Source: Prorocentrum cordatum
Lineage: Eukaryota
Length of the DNA stretch: 56,090 nt
NCBI GenBank assembly: GCA_963575745.1
Contig: CAUYUJ010000113.1
Coordinates: 62,001 to 118,090, forward strand
Direction of reading: 5' to 3'
How positions within the stretch are numbered: the stretch's first letter is position 1; every line of letters starts with the position of its first letter. The translations under genes and the position numbers were made by a program. Positions 54,198 through 56,090 of the stretch are shown one piece after another. The notes beneath the pieces were generated by a model. The model searched no databases and had not been told where the DNA came from. It worked only from the letters and a program-made list of their open reading frames with translations.

Positions 54198-54920
54198 CAT
54201 GATCACAAAACGCTGCCAGGGGCATCATTTGGGAGCCCCAAGGGGGAGCCACCCTGGCTGATCTCACGAGCCCGTTCGCGCCGATTTTGGTGGGACGTCT
54301 CAGCTAAAATTGCCGTTTGGCCTCCCCAACATGTCTCTCTTGAGAGCCTCATGGTCGCAAAACGCTGCCAGGGGCATCATTTGGGAGCCCCAAGGGGGAG
54401 CCACCCTGGCTGATCTCACGAGCCCGTTCGCGCCGATTTTGGTGGGACGTCTCAGCTAAAATTGCCGTTTGGCCTCCCAACATGTCTCTCTTGAGAGCCT
54501 CATGGTCGCGAAACGCTGCCAGGGGCATCATTTGGGAGCCCCAAGGGGGAGCCACCCTGGCTGATCTCACGAGCCCGTTCGCGCCGATTTTGGTGGGACG
54601 TCTCAGCTAAAATTGCCGTTTGGCCTCCCCAACATGTCTCTCTTGAGAGCCTCATGGTCACAAAACGCTGCCAGGGCATCATTTGGGAGCCCCAAGGGGG
54701 AGCCACCCTGGCTGATCTCACGAGCCCGTTCGCGCCGATTTTGGTGGGACGTCTCAGCTAAAATTGCCGTTTGGCCTCCCCAACATGTCTCTCTTGAGAG
54801 CCTCATGGTCGCAAAACGCTGCCAGGGGCATTATTTGGGAGCCCCAGGGGGGGTCCACCAGGGGCTTCATAGTCACCAAACGCTGCCAGGGGCAGCATTT
54901 TGGCTTCCCATGGGGGGGGT
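54198..54920. repeat. tandem array of 151-152-bp units (4 full plus partial copies)
   Basis: CGCTGCCAGG at 54211, 54363, 54514, 54666, 54817 and truncated at 54881; copies nearly identical. Confidence 0.97.
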
Positions 54921-55139
54921 TGTGGGGCCAGAGAAGTCGAACCCGGGCCTCCTAGGTCGCCGAGACACTGCCCGGGCCACCATTGGATTCAACTCGCACC
55001 CAGACTCACTCATACACAAGCTCACTCAACAACTCAGATTCATTTCTTCAGAATTCATGGCACCAACAGACGTACCCATACTCGACTCCCCACCTCAGGC
55101 TTCCCTAACCCAGAACTCCGTCAGAACCAGTAATCGAAG

Positions 55140-55356
55140 AGAGCAGAGAGAGGAGGAGAAGAGAGAGGGGAGAGGAGAAGAGGAGAGAGAGTAGATAGAG
55201 ATAAGAAGGAGAGAGAGATGAGAAAGAGAGAGAGAGAGAGAGAGAAAAAAGAAAGAGAGAGAGAGAGGAGAGAGAGCAGAGAGAGAAGAGAGAGAGGGAG
55301 AGAGAGAGAGAGAGGTGGATAGAGCGAAGAGAGAGAGAGAGAGCGAGCGAGCGAGC

Positions 55357-55387
<31 letters not shown>

Positions 55388-55428
55388 GTAGAGAGAGAGA
55401 GAGAGAGAGAGAGGAAGATAGAGAGAGC
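55140..55428. repeat. (GA)n microsatellite
   Basis: Directly visible. Confidence 0.95.
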
Positions 55429-56090
55429 GGACAAGTAGGCGGACCAGGGTCCGTCCGCGAGGCGCACTGCGGTGCGACAACTCGCCAAACACTATTTGCG
55501 GCGGTGCAGCCTTGAGATACGAGGGCGGGCAACAAAACCCCCTCCCCCGGCGCAATGCGACAGACGCTACAGACGGCGGACAGACGGTGAAGATCTCACG
55601 TGTCAGACCGCGTGGCGAAGAAGGCCCCAACAAGAAAGGCGACGTGCTGACACGTGGCTAGGCGGCTTGGCAGACCGCCAGTTGGGCGCTTGGCCGCAAA
55701 GCGGCGCGCAGTGACGGGGCCCCCCCCGCCCCCACGCCCTGACACCGTGGACGCGGAGCCACGCGTACTCACGGGCAGGCAGAATGGAGGAGATTAGCGC
55801 GGGGCACCAGGTGGAGCGCCGCGGAACGATGACAGCATAGCTTGGATGGTGAGTGACGGCACGGCACCATCGGGCGAGGGCGTAAGCAGCTCGGCGAAGG
55901 CTCGCCCGGCGCTATGGAGGCGCTGGAGTAGAGGGCCTTGACGGGCTTGAGCGGCGGCGAGGTCCGCGGCGAGAGCAGCGCACCTCTGCTGGAGAGCGGC
56001 CATAGCCTGGGACAGCTCGGTTTCGCGGTCGGTGAGGGGTGGCTGCTCAGTGCCAGCGGCCGCGGGCCTCGTGACAGGGGCGAGGTCCTC

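Noticed and set aside
54198..54920. CRISPR or rRNA/snRNA array
   Set aside because: Whole units repeat with no unique spacers, and I recognise no RNA gene motif
55794..56090. Possible 3' end of a minus-strand gene at the window edge
   Set aside because: Short, truncated and without a recognisable motif, so it cannot be supported

Overview
GC-rich, repeat-dominated eukaryotic DNA, most likely dinoflagellate: it carries spliced-leader-like motifs and retroelement families typical of that group. I see no intact host gene, RNA gene or CRISPR array. The centrepiece is a young, structurally complete 15.6-kb tyrosine-recombinase retrotransposon (10982-26588) with Ngaro/PAT-type split direct repeats (A1...B1-A2-B2). 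One reading frame runs 14.3 kb, broken by a single TAG. In order it encodes a membrane-segment-bearing Gag-like ORF with a CCCH finger, a putative OTU/papain-like Cys protease, a C5 cytosine methyltransferase-like domain, RT, RNase H, a second apparently dead C5-MTase-like domain, a tyrosine recombinase, and an RNA-binding tail (dsRBD-like motif, RRM, 8-Cys finger, RS/KG-rich). Also present are an old full-length Copia LTR element (40760-49515, 5-bp TSD, probable decayed MTase domain), two decayed LINEs, a 144-bp palindrome, a 152-bp tandem array and many micro/minisatellites. The dead elements appear to decay AT->GC (gaining CpG), the reverse of usual methyl-CpG decay. All domain calls come from motif reading by eye; no database search was run.
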